A DNA stretch of 64,000 bases from Alphaproteobacteria bacterium (GCA_965221125.1 CBDCRW010000007.1:544001-608000), one strand, 5' to 3'; positions 1 through 10,604 are shown, counted from the stretch's first letter. The notes: generated from the letters alone by a model not told the origin. A program made the numbers and translations.

Positions 1-321
1 AAGGCTGCGGCCGAGGCGGAGCGGAAGGCGGGGCCGGGCAGGCGCCTGGTGCCGCTCGTCATCGACTCGCCGACGATCGACGGCGAGCCCATCGACGTCT
101 CGAACGACGAGGCGATCCTGCGAGAAGGCGCGGCGGTGGGCTACGTCAGCTCCGGGGGCTACGCGCACCACGTGGGGCAGTCCATGGCGCTGGGCTACGT
201 GCCTTCGGAATTCGCAACGACGGACGAGCGCTTCGATGTGGAAATACTGGGCGAGATGTTCCCGGCACGGGTTCACGCCGCGCCGCTCTACGACCCCAAC
301 GGCGGGCGGATGCGGAGCTGA
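1..321 (+). CDS. GcvT-family (aminomethyltransferase C-terminal domain) protein, dimethylglycine/sarcosine dehydrogenase-like; 5' part outside the window
   Basis: Frame open from base 1; VGYVSSGGYAHHVGQSMALGYV...PLYDPNGGRMRS is the typical GcvT_C tail. Confidence 0.8.
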   Translation, partial: KAAAEAERKAGPGRRLVPLVIDSPTIDGEPIDVSNDEAILREGAAVGYVSSGGYAHHVGQSMALGYVPSEFATTDERFDVEILGEMFPARVHAAPLYDPNGGRMRS

Positions 322-536
322 CATGAACCGGGCGTGCGCTCTCGCTCGGACAGGCCCGGCGAGCCGAGGCACCATGGTAACGTTCGGGCCGTTCGGCCGG
401 AGGGGCGACAGGGCATCCGCCATGGGTTAGGCTTGGCGGACCAGTTCGGTTTCGGCAGGGAGAAAGCGGCCGCGCGTATCTGTCCCGAGATCGGTGCGGC
501 GGTGGAGGCAACGGGCAACATTCGGAGGATCTACAG

Positions 537-2267
537 ATGAAAGACAAGAAAGTGCTAAGCCGCGATCCGCGGCGGTACACGCTGCCGTCGGAGCGCGCCC
601 TGGGTGCGGAAACGCATTCCTACATGCCGGAGCTCTGCGACCAGTTGCAGACCGGCAAGATCAACCGGCGCGACTTCCTGCGTCAGGCGGCGCTGCTCGG
701 CGTGGCGACCGGCACGGTCTATGCCATGGCCGACAAGCTGGTCGGCGGTGGCGACGTGACCGGATCGGCGATGGCCGACGAGATGCCCAAGGCGGGCGGC
801 ACGCTCAAGGTCTCGATGCGCGTGCAGGAGATGACCGACCCGGCGACCTTCCCCTGGACGGAGAGGTCGAACGTCTCGCGCCTCATGGTGGAGTATCTGA
901 CCAGGACTCAGTCGGACAACGTCACGGTCCCTTACCTTGCCAAGAGTTGGGAAGCCTCCGATGACCTCACGACATGGGTCTTCCACCTGAACGAGGGCAT
1001 CACCTGGTCGAACGGCGATGCCTTCACTTCGGCGGACGTCGCTCATACGGTCAACCGCTGGCTCGACCCGGCAGTCGGCTCATCGAACCTTGGGCTCTTC
1101 GGCGCCATGGTCGAGGAGGGCGAGGACGGCCAGCCGCGGGGCATCGCGGGCGCGGTGGAGGTGATCGACGACCACACCATCCAGTTCAACCTGAAGCAGC
1201 CCGCTCTGGCCATGCCGGAGAATTTCTACAACTACCCGACCGCCATCGTGCATCGGGGCTTCGGCGTGGACTACGAGGCCGATCTTTCGCAGAACCCCAT
1301 CGGCACCGGCCCGTTCGAGATGGCAGAGTACGCGCTCGGCGAAAGGGCCATCATGCGGAAGGTGCGCGACTGGTGGGCCGGGCCGTTCTACCTCGATGAG
1401 ATCCACTACTTCGACCACGGCGAGGACACCAACGCCTGGATCGCGGCGCTCGCGTCGCAGCAGGTGGACATGGTCTTCCGCCTGCCCAATAACCTCATCG
1501 ATGCGGCGGAGGCTCTGCCGTTCGTGAACCTTCATCCGGTGACGACGGCGCAGACCGCTGTCATGAGGTTCCGGATCACGGAGGCACCTTTCGACAATCT
1601 CAAGCTGCGCCAGGCGGTCGTGGCCTGCATGGACCACCAGGAGATCCTGGACAAGGCGTTCCAGGGCCGGGGTCAGATTGCCGAGAACCATCATGTCTGT
1701 CCCATCCATCCCGAGTACGCGACGCTGCCGCCGCTCACGCGGGACGTCGAGAAGGCCAAGGCGCTGCTGGCGGAGGCCGGTTACGCCGACGGGATCACCC
1801 TGGAGATCGCCAATGGCGACACAGAGGGCCCGTGGATGACCGATGCCTGCGCGATCTTCAAGAACCAGGCGGCGCCGGCAGGCATCAACATCAACATCAA
1901 CAAGATGCCGGCCAATCAGTACTGGGAGGTCTGGGACAAGGCGCCGTGGGGCTATACGGCGTGGACCCATCGCCCGCTCGGCACGATGGTGCTGGGGCTC
2001 GCCTACCGCAAGGGCGTGCCGTGGAACGAGGTCGCCTACGACAATCCGGCCTTCGATGCGGCGCTCGACGATGCGGAAGCCACGCTCGACGTGGGCGAGC
2101 GTAGAAAGAAGATGGAGGTCTGCCAACAGCTTCTGCAGGACGATGCAATCATCCCGCAGCCCTTCTGGCGCTCTGTCTACAAGGCGGCAAACAAGCGGGT
2201 GAAGGGCCACCAGACCCACCCGACGCTGTACCACCAGTTCCACAACGTGTGGTTGGACGACGCGTAA
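537..2267 (+). CDS. ABC transporter substrate-binding protein, family 5 (DppA/OppA-like), Tat-exported; start may be 624
   Basis: NRRDFL twin-arginine motif; PYLAKSWEAS and PIGTGPF motifs; heads a permease/ATPase operon. Confidence 0.9.
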   Translation: MKDKKVLSRDPRRYTLPSERALGAETHSYMPELCDQLQTGKINRRDFLRQAALLGVATGTVYAMADKLVGGGDVTGSAMADEMPKAGGTLKVSMRVQEMTDPATFPWTERSNVSRLMVEYLTRTQSDNVTVPYLAKSWEASDDLTTWVFHLNEGITWSNGDAFTSADVAHTVNRWLDPAVGSSNLGLFGAMVEEGEDGQPRGIAGAVEVIDDHTIQFNLKQPALAMPENFYNYPTAIVHRGFGVDYEADLSQNPIGTGPFEMAEYALGERAIMRKVRDWWAGPFYLDEIHYFDHGEDTNAWIAALASQQVDMVFRLPNNLIDAAEALPFVNLHPVTTAQTAVMRFRITEAPFDNLKLRQAVVACMDHQEILDKAFQGRGQIAENHHVCPIHPEYATLPPLTRDVEKAKALLAEAGYADGITLEIANGDTEGPWMTDACAIFKNQAAPAGINININKMPANQYWEVWDKAPWGYTAWTHRPLGTMVLGLAYRKGVPWNEVAYDNPAFDAALDDAEATLDVGERRKKMEVCQQLLQDDAIIPQPFWRSVYKAANKRVKGHQTHPTLYHQFHNVWLDDA

Positions 2268-2365
2268 ACAGTGAGCGGCGCGGGCGTCTCCGGGCTCCCG
2301 CGCCGCGTCTTTCCACCGCGGAGAACCGGGCGCGTGTGGGCATTGTCTGACGGTCGGAGACCGAT

Positions 2366-3298
2366 ATGGTCCAACTGATCGTAAGGCGCATCGGCATGAT
2401 GATCCTCATCATGCTGGTCGTCGCGCTACTGCTGTTCCTTATCAACGAGGGCGATCCCCGTCTCATCGCTCGCAGCATTCTCGGTCCCTACGCGCAGGAC
2501 CAGCAGCTCGACGCCTGGGTCATCGAGAATGGTTACGACCGCTCGGTGATTGTCCGTTACTTCGAATGGCTCGGCCGAATATTCGCCGGCGATCTCGGTG
2601 AGTCTGTCATCTACAAACGGCCTGTCAGCGAGATTTTCTGGGACCGCCTCGGCAACACCGGCATCCTCGCCGGCATCACCTTCGTTATCATGGTTCTGAT
2701 CGCGCTGACGCTGGGCGTGCTGGCGGGCATGAAGGAAGGCTCGCCGCAGGACCGCGTGATCTCGGTCTTCTCGATCATCACCACCTCGATCCCGGAATAC
2801 GCCAGCGCGGTCTTCCTCGTCGGCATCTTCGTCTTCTGGCTCGGCATACTGCCGGGCACCTCGTCGATGACGTCCGGGTTCGACCCGGTCCAGATGATCC
2901 TGCCTGTACTTGTGCTGACGCTATACGGCTTCGGCTACATCGCGCGGATGACGCGCGCGTCGATGGCCGAGGTGATGACCACGCCCTACATCCGAACGGC
3001 CGTGCTCAAGGGTCTGCCCTACCGGCACATCATCATGAAGCACGCGCTGCGGAACGCGCTGATCGCGCCGTTTACCGTGATCATGCTGCAGATCAACTGG
3101 CTGCTGTCCGGCGTGGTCGTGACCGAGTTCGCCTTCGGCTACAAGGGATTCGGCGCGCTGCTGCTGGAGGCGGCGCTCCGGCGCGACATCTTCGTCATCG
3201 AGGCCTGCGGCGTCGCGGCGGTCTTCGTCGCGGTCTTTACGCAGACCGTCGGCGATCTCGGCTACACCTATCTGAACCCGAGGATCAGGTTCAAGTGA
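2366..3298 (+). CDS. ABC transporter permease (DppB/OppB-like)
   Basis: Hydrophobic helices; GDLGES; EAA-loop region YIRTAVLKGL...KHALRNALI; C-terminal LNPRIR. Confidence 0.92.
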   Translation: MVQLIVRRIGMMILIMLVVALLLFLINEGDPRLIARSILGPYAQDQQLDAWVIENGYDRSVIVRYFEWLGRIFAGDLGESVIYKRPVSEIFWDRLGNTGILAGITFVIMVLIALTLGVLAGMKEGSPQDRVISVFSIITTSIPEYASAVFLVGIFVFWLGILPGTSSMTSGFDPVQMILPVLVLTLYGFGYIARMTRASMAEVMTTPYIRTAVLKGLPYRHIIMKHALRNALIAPFTVIMLQINWLLSGVVVTEFAFGYKGFGALLLEAALRRDIFVIEACGVAAVFVAVFTQTVGDLGYTYLNPRIRFK

Positions 3299-4200
3299 GC
3301 GACGTGCCCCGCATGAGCCCTGCCAGCACGCCGCTCAGCCGGCTCGGCGCGAGTTTCTCGGCGTCCCTCAAGCCTGTCCTTCTGCTTCGGGAGAGCCCGG
3401 TCGGCATTGTCGGGGGCGGAATCGTCCTCGGTTTCGTGATCCTGGCGATCTTCGCCGAGTACATCGCGCCCTTCGATCCCAATGCGACGATGGTGCCCTT
3501 CACTTTTCCCGGTGCGGAAGCGCCGGACGGGGGCATCTTCCTGCTCGGCACCGACCATCTCGGCCGAGACATCCTGTCGAGAATTATCTTCGGCGGTCAG
3601 CGGGTGCTCTTCTACGCGACCGTTGCCACCGCCGCCGCCTATGTCGTGGGCATCCTCATGGGCCTCGCGGCGGGCTACTTCCGGGGCTACCTGGACGAAC
3701 TCCTGTCGTTCGTCGCGAACGTCATTCTCTCCTTCCCCATCATGGTGCTCTACGTGCTGATCATCGCGAAGGTCGGCGCGTCGGGGATCAACATCATCTT
3801 CGCGGTCGTGTTCGCGTCCTCGCCCGGCATCATGCGCATCGTGCGGGGCGTGACCATGGACATCGCGACCCGCGACTACATCGCCGCCGCCCAGACCCGG
3901 GGCGAGGGGCCCTGGTACATCATGCTGATGGAGATCCTGCCCAATGCGCGGGGGCCGCTGATCGTCGATTTCTGCCTGCGCATGGGCTACACGACCATCA
4001 CCATCGGGGCGCTCGGCTTCCTCGGCCTCGGCCTGCCGCCGCCGGATCCCGACTGGGGCGGCATGATCACCGAGACCCGCGCCTTCGTCTCCGGCGGCTT
4101 CCCCCACATGGCGATCCTGCCGGCCTGCGCCGTCTCCCTGCTGGTGCTCGGCTTCAACCTGCTGGCGGACGGCCTGCGCGAAGTGTCGCTGAAGGACTAG
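3295..4200 (+). CDS. ABC transporter permease (DppC/OppC-like)
   Basis: LLGTDHLGRDILSR, LGFLGLG..PP.PDWG, FNLLADGLRE; GTGA overlap with the upstream gene. Confidence 0.92.
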   Translation: MSDVPRMSPASTPLSRLGASFSASLKPVLLLRESPVGIVGGGIVLGFVILAIFAEYIAPFDPNATMVPFTFPGAEAPDGGIFLLGTDHLGRDILSRIIFGGQRVLFYATVATAAAYVVGILMGLAAGYFRGYLDELLSFVANVILSFPIMVLYVLIIAKVGASGINIIFAVVFASSPGIMRIVRGVTMDIATRDYIAAAQTRGEGPWYIMLMEILPNARGPLIVDFCLRMGYTTITIGALGFLGLGLPPPDPDWGGMITETRAFVSGGFPHMAILPACAVSLLVLGFNLLADGLREVSLKD

Positions 4201-4208
4201 GAGGCGAT

Positions 4209-6320
4209 ATGACCGACCAAGGCTCCGATCCTCCGGTCCTCGAGATCAACGGCCTCTGCCTCAGCTACTACACCCGCGCCGGCGAGGTGCCGGCGGTCTA
4301 CGACTTCGACCTCACCGTGGCCAAGGGGGAATCGGTGGGGCTCGTGGGCGAATCCGGCTGCGGCAAGTCCACCGTCGCCAACGGCATCATGCGCTACATG
4401 GGGCACAACGGCGACATCGTCGGCGGCACCATCAGGTTCAAGGGCCGCGACATGGCCGAGATGTCCGAGGAGGAGATCCGCCGCGTGCGCGGCAAGGACA
4501 TCGCCATGATCTACCAGGAGCCCATGGCGTCGCTCAACCCGAGCCTGACCATCGGCCAGCAGCTCATGGAAGTGCCGATGATCCACGAGGGGGCGAGCCG
4601 GGCCGAGGCCTTCGAGCGCGCCCACGACATGCTGGCGGCGGTGCACATCCCGGACCCGAACCGCCTGATGATCTCGTATCCGCACCAGGTCTCCGGCGGC
4701 CAGCAGCAGCGCGTGGTGATCGCCATGGCGCTGCTCTCGCGGCCGGCGCTGCTGCTGCTCGACGAGCCGACGACGGCGCTCGACGTGACGGTGGAGGCGG
4801 GCATCGTCGAGCTGATCGCCGAGCTCAGCCGCCAGACCGGCTCGTCGCTGCTCTACATCTCCCACAACCTCGGCCTGATGCTCGAGGTCTGCGACCGCAT
4901 CTGCGTGATGTATTCCGGCGAGGTGGTGGAGGAGGGGACGATCGATTCGATCTTCTCCTGGCCCAAGCACCCCTACACGCAAGGGCTCTTCGGCTGTATC
5001 CCGCTGCCGCACGCCGACAAGAACGCGCGCCCCCTCGTTTCCATCAAGGGCCAGCTGCCGCTGCCGCACGAGCGGCCCGAGGGCTGCAACTTCGGCCCAC
5101 GCTGCGGCTTCTTTCAGGGCGGGAAGTGCGACACGGGCCTGATCCCGATGGAGGGCGTGCACACGGACGACGATCCTGCCCATCGCGTGCGCTGCGAGCG
5201 CTGGAACGAGATCGACGTCTCCGAAGTGGTGCGCGTCGACGAGAGCCGCGAGCCCATCGCGGTCGGCGAGACGGTTCTCGAGGTCGCCGACATGCGCAAG
5301 TACTACAAGGTGCGCGACCGCTCGCTGGCGGCGCTCGTCTCGGGCGGCGCCGTGCGGGAAGTGAAGGCGAACGAGAGCATCAGCTTCCGCGCGGGCGAGG
5401 GCGAGACGGTCGCCATCGTGGGCGAATCCGGCTGCGGCAAGTCCACCTTCGCCAAGGTGCTGATGGGGCTGGAGACCGCGACCGACGGCGCGGTCACGCT
5501 GGACGGGACCGACCTCGGCAGCATTCCGGTCAACAAGCGCACGGCGGCGCAGCTCTCCTCGCTGCAGATGGTGTTCCAGAATCCCAACGACACGCTCAAC
5601 CCGTCCCACTCCGTCGGCTACCAGATCGGCCGGGTGATCAAGCGCTTCGGCATCGAACGCGATTCGATCAAGCGTCGGGAGCTGGTGTACGAGCTGCTGG
5701 ATACGGTGAAGCTGCCGCGCGAATTCATGACGCGGAAGCCGCGCCAGCTCTCCGGCGGGCAGAAGCAGCGCGTCGGCATCGCCCGCGCCTTTGCCGGCAA
5801 ACCGAAGACGGTGATCGCGGACGAGCCGATCTCGGCGCTGGACGTCTCGGTGGCGGCGGCGGTGACGGAGCTGCTGATGGACATCCAGCGCGAGCACCGC
5901 ACCACGCTGCTCTTCATCAGCCACGATCTCTCCGCCGTGCGCTATCTCTCGGACCGCGTGGTGGTGATGTACCTCGGCCAGATCATGGAGCGCGGCTCGA
6001 CGGAGCAGATCTTCGCGCCGCCCTATCATCCCTATACCGAGGCGCTGCTCTCCGCCGTGCCGATCGCGGACCCCGAGATCGAGCGGCGGCGCATCGTCCT
6101 GGAAGGCTCGCTGCCGAGTCCGCTCGACCCGCCCAAGGGGTGCCCGTTCTCCACGCGGTGCCCGCGCAAGCTCGGCGCCATCTGCGAGGAGGAGGCGCCG
6201 CCGCTGCAGACCAACGCCGAGCGCCACGTCATCGCCTGCCACATCCCGCTCGATGAGCTGCGCGAGGTCGAGCCCGTGATCTCCATTCCCGACCGCGACG
6301 AAGTCCACGCCGCCCAGTGA
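4209..6320 (+). CDS. Fused dual-domain ABC ATP-binding protein (DppD/DppF-like)
   Basis: Two GESGCGKST Walker A motifs, two SGGQ signatures, two HPYT oligopeptide C-terminal domains. Confidence 0.95.
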   Translation: MTDQGSDPPVLEINGLCLSYYTRAGEVPAVYDFDLTVAKGESVGLVGESGCGKSTVANGIMRYMGHNGDIVGGTIRFKGRDMAEMSEEEIRRVRGKDIAMIYQEPMASLNPSLTIGQQLMEVPMIHEGASRAEAFERAHDMLAAVHIPDPNRLMISYPHQVSGGQQQRVVIAMALLSRPALLLLDEPTTALDVTVEAGIVELIAELSRQTGSSLLYISHNLGLMLEVCDRICVMYSGEVVEEGTIDSIFSWPKHPYTQGLFGCIPLPHADKNARPLVSIKGQLPLPHERPEGCNFGPRCGFFQGGKCDTGLIPMEGVHTDDDPAHRVRCERWNEIDVSEVVRVDESREPIAVGETVLEVADMRKYYKVRDRSLAALVSGGAVREVKANESISFRAGEGETVAIVGESGCGKSTFAKVLMGLETATDGAVTLDGTDLGSIPVNKRTAAQLSSLQMVFQNPNDTLNPSHSVGYQIGRVIKRFGIERDSIKRRELVYELLDTVKLPREFMTRKPRQLSGGQKQRVGIARAFAGKPKTVIADEPISALDVSVAAAVTELLMDIQREHRTTLLFISHDLSAVRYLSDRVVVMYLGQIMERGSTEQIFAPPYHPYTEALLSAVPIADPEIERRRIVLEGSLPSPLDPPKGCPFSTRCPRKLGAICEEEAPPLQTNAERHVIACHIPLDELREVEPVISIPDRDEVHAAQ

Positions 6321-6324
6321 CCCC

Positions 6325-7533
6325 ATGAGCACGGTGCCGCCGGCGCCCGACGAGACGGCTCTCCGGCTGGGCCGGCTCGCCCGCTTGCGCGCGGAGATGG
6401 CGCGGCTGGATTTTGCGGCGCTGGTGCTGACCGACCCGCACAACGTCCGCTACGCCACCGGCGCGCGGAACATGCTGCCCTTCGTGCTGCGCAACCCGGC
6501 CCGCTACGTGTTCGTGCCGCAGGAAGGGCCCGTCATCCTGTTCGAGTTCGCGGGCTGCGAGCACCTGGAGCGGGACAATCCGGCGATCGACGAGATCCGA
6601 GTTTCGACGACGGTCTCCTACGTGGCGCGCGGGCCGCTGCTGGACGAGACGGCGAAGGCCTGGGCGCGGGAGATCGCCGCGCTGATGCGCCGGCACTGTC
6701 CGGGCGAGACGCGGATCGGGCTGGAGCGGATCGATGCGCGCGCCGTGGGCTACCTGGCGGAGATGGGGTTTGCGATCCTCGACGCGCAGGCGCCGGCGGA
6801 GAGGGCGCGCTCCGTCAAGACGCCGGAGGAAATCGCCTGCTCGCGGCGCTCGATGGCGTCCGTCATGGCGGCGGAACGGGCGCTGCAGGATGCGGCGCGG
6901 CCGGGGATCACGGAGAACGCGCTCTGGGCGGAATTCCATCGCCACGTCATCGCCAACGACGGGGACTACGTGGAGACCCGGCTGCTCAGCTCGGGCGCGA
7001 GAACCAACCCCTGGTTTCAGGAGACCGGCACGCGCACGATCCAGGCCGGCGAGCTGATCGCCCACGATACCGACGTCATCGGACCGCACGGCTATTACGT
7101 CGACTTCTCGCGGACCTTCCTCTGCGGCGATGGCCGGCCGACCCCGGAGCAGCGAACGCTCCACCGGCTTGCTTACGAGCAGATCCAGCACAACATGGCG
7201 CTGATCGCGCCGGGGCGGACGTTCCGCGAGATCACGGAGGCGGCCTGGACGATCCCCGAGCCCTATTACGCGAGACGGTACTACCTGATGATTCACGGCA
7301 TCGGCGCCGCGGGCGAGTATCCCTACATCGTGTACGAAGCCGACTACGACGGCGGGCAGGACTACGACGGCATCGTCGAACCCAACATGACGCTCTGCAT
7401 CGAGAGCTTCATCGGTCGCGAGGACGGCGGCGAGGGCGTGAAGCTGGAGGAGCAGGTCCTGGTCACGGAGAGCGGGATCGAGCCGATGAGCACGTTCCCC
7501 TTCGACGAAAGGCTGCTCGGCCGCGAGATCTGA
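6325..7533 (+). CDS. M24 (Xaa-Pro peptidase fold) protein, DddP DMSP-lyase-like, paralog 1
   Basis: ETRLLSSGARTNPWFQE, DTD..G..G...D.SRT, HGIG, CIE and KLEEQV metal-ligand motifs typical of the DddP clade. Confidence 0.78.
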   Translation: MSTVPPAPDETALRLGRLARLRAEMARLDFAALVLTDPHNVRYATGARNMLPFVLRNPARYVFVPQEGPVILFEFAGCEHLERDNPAIDEIRVSTTVSYVARGPLLDETAKAWAREIAALMRRHCPGETRIGLERIDARAVGYLAEMGFAILDAQAPAERARSVKTPEEIACSRRSMASVMAAERALQDAARPGITENALWAEFHRHVIANDGDYVETRLLSSGARTNPWFQETGTRTIQAGELIAHDTDVIGPHGYYVDFSRTFLCGDGRPTPEQRTLHRLAYEQIQHNMALIAPGRTFREITEAAWTIPEPYYARRYYLMIHGIGAAGEYPYIVYEADYDGGQDYDGIVEPNMTLCIESFIGREDGGEGVKLEEQVLVTESGIEPMSTFPFDERLLGREI

Positions 7534-7535
7534 AC

Positions 7536-8180
7536 ATGGGGACGCTGTTTCCGCCTCTGCCGCCCGGCCCGTTCGACATCGTCTACGCTGACCCGCCGTG
7601 GGACTACAAGGGGCAGCTCCAGCACGCGGGCGAAGGCAGCGGGGATACCGGCGGCGCGGCCAGGCACTATCCGACCGTGACGCTGGACGACCTCAAGACG
7701 CTGGGTGTCCGAAGCATAGCGGCCGAGGACTGCCTGCTCTTCATGTGGGCGACCAATCCGCACCTGGATCAGGCGATCGACCTGGGCAAGGCCTGGGGCT
7801 TCGCCTGGGCCACGGTCGCCTTCGTCTGGGACAAGGAGAGGGTGAACCCCGGCTTCTACACCATGAGCCAGTGCGAGCTCTGCCTCGTGTTCAAGAGGGG
7901 GAAGATCCCGTCCCCGCGCGGCGCGCGGAACGTGCGCCAGCTCGTCACCGCCCGGCGCGAGGCGCACTCGCAGAAACCCGACGAGGTGCGGTTGCGGATC
8001 GAGAGGATGTTCCCTCGTCTGCGGAAGATCGAGCTGTTCGCACGCGAGCAGGGCGGGCGCGGCCCGGCCGACGGCGGCTGGCAGACATGGGGGGTCGACG
8101 CGAATGACACGCGAGCGCCCGCAGGGGCACGAAGGCTGGCAACCCAGGGCTTCCATGAGAGGGAAGGAGCCAAACCATGA
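7536..8180 (+). CDS. MT-A70 family N6-adenine methyltransferase
   Basis: FDIVYADPPW catalytic motif, LFMWATNP, FVWDK, HSQKP, KIELFAR. Confidence 0.88.
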   Translation: MGTLFPPLPPGPFDIVYADPPWDYKGQLQHAGEGSGDTGGAARHYPTVTLDDLKTLGVRSIAAEDCLLFMWATNPHLDQAIDLGKAWGFAWATVAFVWDKERVNPGFYTMSQCELCLVFKRGKIPSPRGARNVRQLVTARREAHSQKPDEVRLRIERMFPRLRKIELFAREQGGRGPADGGWQTWGVDANDTRAPAGARRLATQGFHEREGAKP

Positions 8181-9415
8181 GGCGTAGCGCAGATCGCACC
8201 AACACCGCGCGCCAGCACGGCGCGATGGAGCACACCATCCCGCCGTGCGATCTCGACGCGGTGAGGCGCTATCGGCTGGCGCGCGTGCGCGAGGCGCTCG
8301 CGGCGCGCGATCTCGCCGGCATCATCCTCTACGACCCGGTGAACGTCCGCTACGCCGTCGACTCGTCGAACATGGAAATCTGGTGCTCGCGCAACGAGGC
8401 CCGCTACCTCTACGTGCCGACGGAGGGGCCGACCAGCCTCTTCGAGTTCGGCGGCGGCAGCGACCTGCTCACCACGGGCCTGCCCACCGTCGACGAGGTG
8501 CGCCCCACCATCTCCTTCCTCTACTTCATCGCCGGCCGGCGGCACGAGGACAAGGCGAGGGAATGGGCGGCCGACATGGACTCGGTCATTCGCGCGACCA
8601 ACGGCGGCAACCGGCGCGTCGCGCTCGATCGCGTCATGCCGCTCGGCGTCTTCGAGCTGCAGCGGCTGGGCTACGAGATCGTCGACGGCTTCGAGGTGAT
8701 GGAGAACGCGCGCGCCATCAAGTCGCCGGAGGAGATCGCGTTGATGCGCCACTCCATCGCCGTGTGCGAGCAGGCCATCGGGCAGATGCGGGACGCGCTG
8801 CAGCCCGGCATCACCGAGAACGCGCTCTGGGCGGAGCTTCACCGCGGCAACATCGCGGGCGGGGGCGAGTGGATCGAGTGCCGGCTGCTGGCGTCCGGGC
8901 CGCGCACCAACCCGTGGTTCCGCGAATGCTCCATGCGGGTCATCGAGCGGGGCGACATCGTGGCCTTCGACACCGACCTCGTGGGCCCCTACGGCTACTG
9001 CAGCGACATCTCGCGCACGTGGGTGTGCGATGCGCGGCCGAACGACGAGCAGCGGCGCCTCTACGCCGAGGCCTACGCGCACATCCAGGAGAACAAGGCG
9101 CTGCTGAAGCCGGGCGTGACCTTCGACGAGCTGACGCAGAGGCTGCGCCCCCTCGGCGACGAGTTCGCCGAGCAGCGCTACGTGGCGGCGATGCACGGGG
9201 TCGGGCTCTGCGACGAGTACCCCGTGATCCACTACCCGGAGGACTGGGAGCCGGGCGACGACGGCGTGCTGCAGGAGGGGATGGTGTTCTGCGTGGAGGC
9301 GCTCACCTCGCCCGTCGGCGGCCGCGAGTCGATCAAGCTGGAGGAGCAGGTGCTGATCACGGCGGACGGCCACGAGCAGCTCTCGTCGTATCCGCTGGAG
9401 GAGGACTGGCTGTAG
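8177..9415 (+). CDS. M24 protein, DddP DMSP-lyase-like, paralog 2; start may be 8225
   Basis: GGEWIECRLLASGPRTNPWFREC, FDTDLVGPYGYCSDISRTW, HGVGLCDEYP, KLEEQVLIT. Confidence 0.82.
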   Translation: MRRSADRTNTARQHGAMEHTIPPCDLDAVRRYRLARVREALAARDLAGIILYDPVNVRYAVDSSNMEIWCSRNEARYLYVPTEGPTSLFEFGGGSDLLTTGLPTVDEVRPTISFLYFIAGRRHEDKAREWAADMDSVIRATNGGNRRVALDRVMPLGVFELQRLGYEIVDGFEVMENARAIKSPEEIALMRHSIAVCEQAIGQMRDALQPGITENALWAELHRGNIAGGGEWIECRLLASGPRTNPWFRECSMRVIERGDIVAFDTDLVGPYGYCSDISRTWVCDARPNDEQRRLYAEAYAHIQENKALLKPGVTFDELTQRLRPLGDEFAEQRYVAAMHGVGLCDEYPVIHYPEDWEPGDDGVLQEGMVFCVEALTSPVGGRESIKLEEQVLITADGHEQLSSYPLEEDWL

Positions 9416-9446
9416 GGGAGGGGGGCGAACCTCGGGGAGTACAGTC

Positions 9447-10265
9447 GTGAGATCGATTCTGGACCTCGATCGCTGGCCCGTGGATGCGCTCGATGGCGAG
9501 CGCGGCCGGGCGCTGGTCGAACGCTGCCGGGATGCGTTGCGCGACGCCGGCATGTTCAGCCTGGATGGGCTGATCCGGCCCGAGGCGCTGCGGGCCGCCA
9601 CCCGTGAGGTCGAGCCGCTCATCGACACCGCGTCCTTCACTCACGCCAGGGATCACAACATCTACTTCGACGACGACATCGAGGGCTTGGAGGCCGGGCA
9701 CCCGGCGCTCGGCCGGCACACGACCGTCAACCACACGATCTGCGGCGACCAGATCCCGGACAGCACGATCGCGCGGGTCTACGCGTGGCGGCCGCTCATC
9801 GACTTCCTGGCGGCGGCGATGGAGAAGCCCAGGCTCTACCCGATGGCCGATCCACTGGGGCGCGTCAACGTCATGGCCTACCGGGCGGGCGAGCGGCTCA
9901 ACTGGCACTTCGACCGGGCCGAGTTCACGGTCACGCTGCTCCTGCAGGCGCCGGATGCGGGCGGGGCGTTCCAGTACCGCAGCGGCCTCAGGAGCGAGAC
10001 CGATCCGAACTACGAGGGCGTCGCCCGGCTCCTGGCCGGCCGCGACGATCGGGTGCAGACCCTGCCGCTCGCACCGGGCACGCTCAACGTCTTCAAGGGC
10101 AAGAACACGGCGCACCGGGTGACGCCGGTCGAGGGCCGGCGGCCACGGATCATCGCCGTCTTCTCCTACTACGAGACGCCGGACGTGCGCTTCAGCGATG
10201 CGGAGCGCCTGGGATTCTACGGCCGGACCGGCCCCATCTCGGGCGGCCGGCAACCGCGGGCATAG
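9447..10265 (+). CDS. Fe(II)/2-oxoglutarate oxygenase (HalD/BesD-like family, HxD hydroxylase type)
   Basis: LNWHFD...F.VTLLLQAP..GG.F.Y...HRVTPV.G.R.R double-stranded beta-helix motifs. Confidence 0.75.
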   Translation: MRSILDLDRWPVDALDGERGRALVERCRDALRDAGMFSLDGLIRPEALRAATREVEPLIDTASFTHARDHNIYFDDDIEGLEAGHPALGRHTTVNHTICGDQIPDSTIARVYAWRPLIDFLAAAMEKPRLYPMADPLGRVNVMAYRAGERLNWHFDRAEFTVTLLLQAPDAGGAFQYRSGLRSETDPNYEGVARLLAGRDDRVQTLPLAPGTLNVFKGKNTAHRVTPVEGRRPRIIAVFSYYETPDVRFSDAERLGFYGRTGPISGGRQPRA

Positions 10266-10273
10266 GCGCGACC

Positions 10274-10588
10274 GTGGCCGTCTCCCTCTACTACAACGCG
10301 ACGTGCCCCGACTGCGTGCGCCAGGCGCAGCTCACGGCGCGGATGGACTGGCTGGGCCGGGTCGAGCTGCGGACGGACGATTCGCCGCTGGGCGAAGTGC
10401 CGGTCGGCGAGATCGTCGTGGTGGAGAAGGAAAGCAGCCGCGCCTTCACCGGCGTCTACGCGACGCGCAAGGTCTGCCTGCAGGTGCCCCTGCTGTTTCC
10501 CTACGGGCTCGCGCTGTACCTGCCGCCGGTCCGCGCCTTGCTCGGCCGCGGCAAGCAGGGCTGCAACGGCGACGCCTGCGAGATTTGA
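10274..10588 (+). CDS. Small CxxC protein, DCC1/DUF393-like thiol-disulfide oxidoreductase
   Basis: GTG start 9 nt after the upstream stop; LYYNATCPDC motif; C-terminal CNGDACEI. Confidence 0.6.
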   Translation: MAVSLYYNATCPDCVRQAQLTARMDWLGRVELRTDDSPLGEVPVGEIVVVEKESSRAFTGVYATRKVCLQVPLLFPYGLALYLPPVRALLGRGKQGCNGDACEI

Positions 10589-10604
10589 GGGGCGACGGTG
10601 CCGC

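Noticed and set aside
9447-10265. BesD-type halogenase
   Set aside because: It keeps the HxD (HFD) carboxylate ligand; halogenases have HxG/A.
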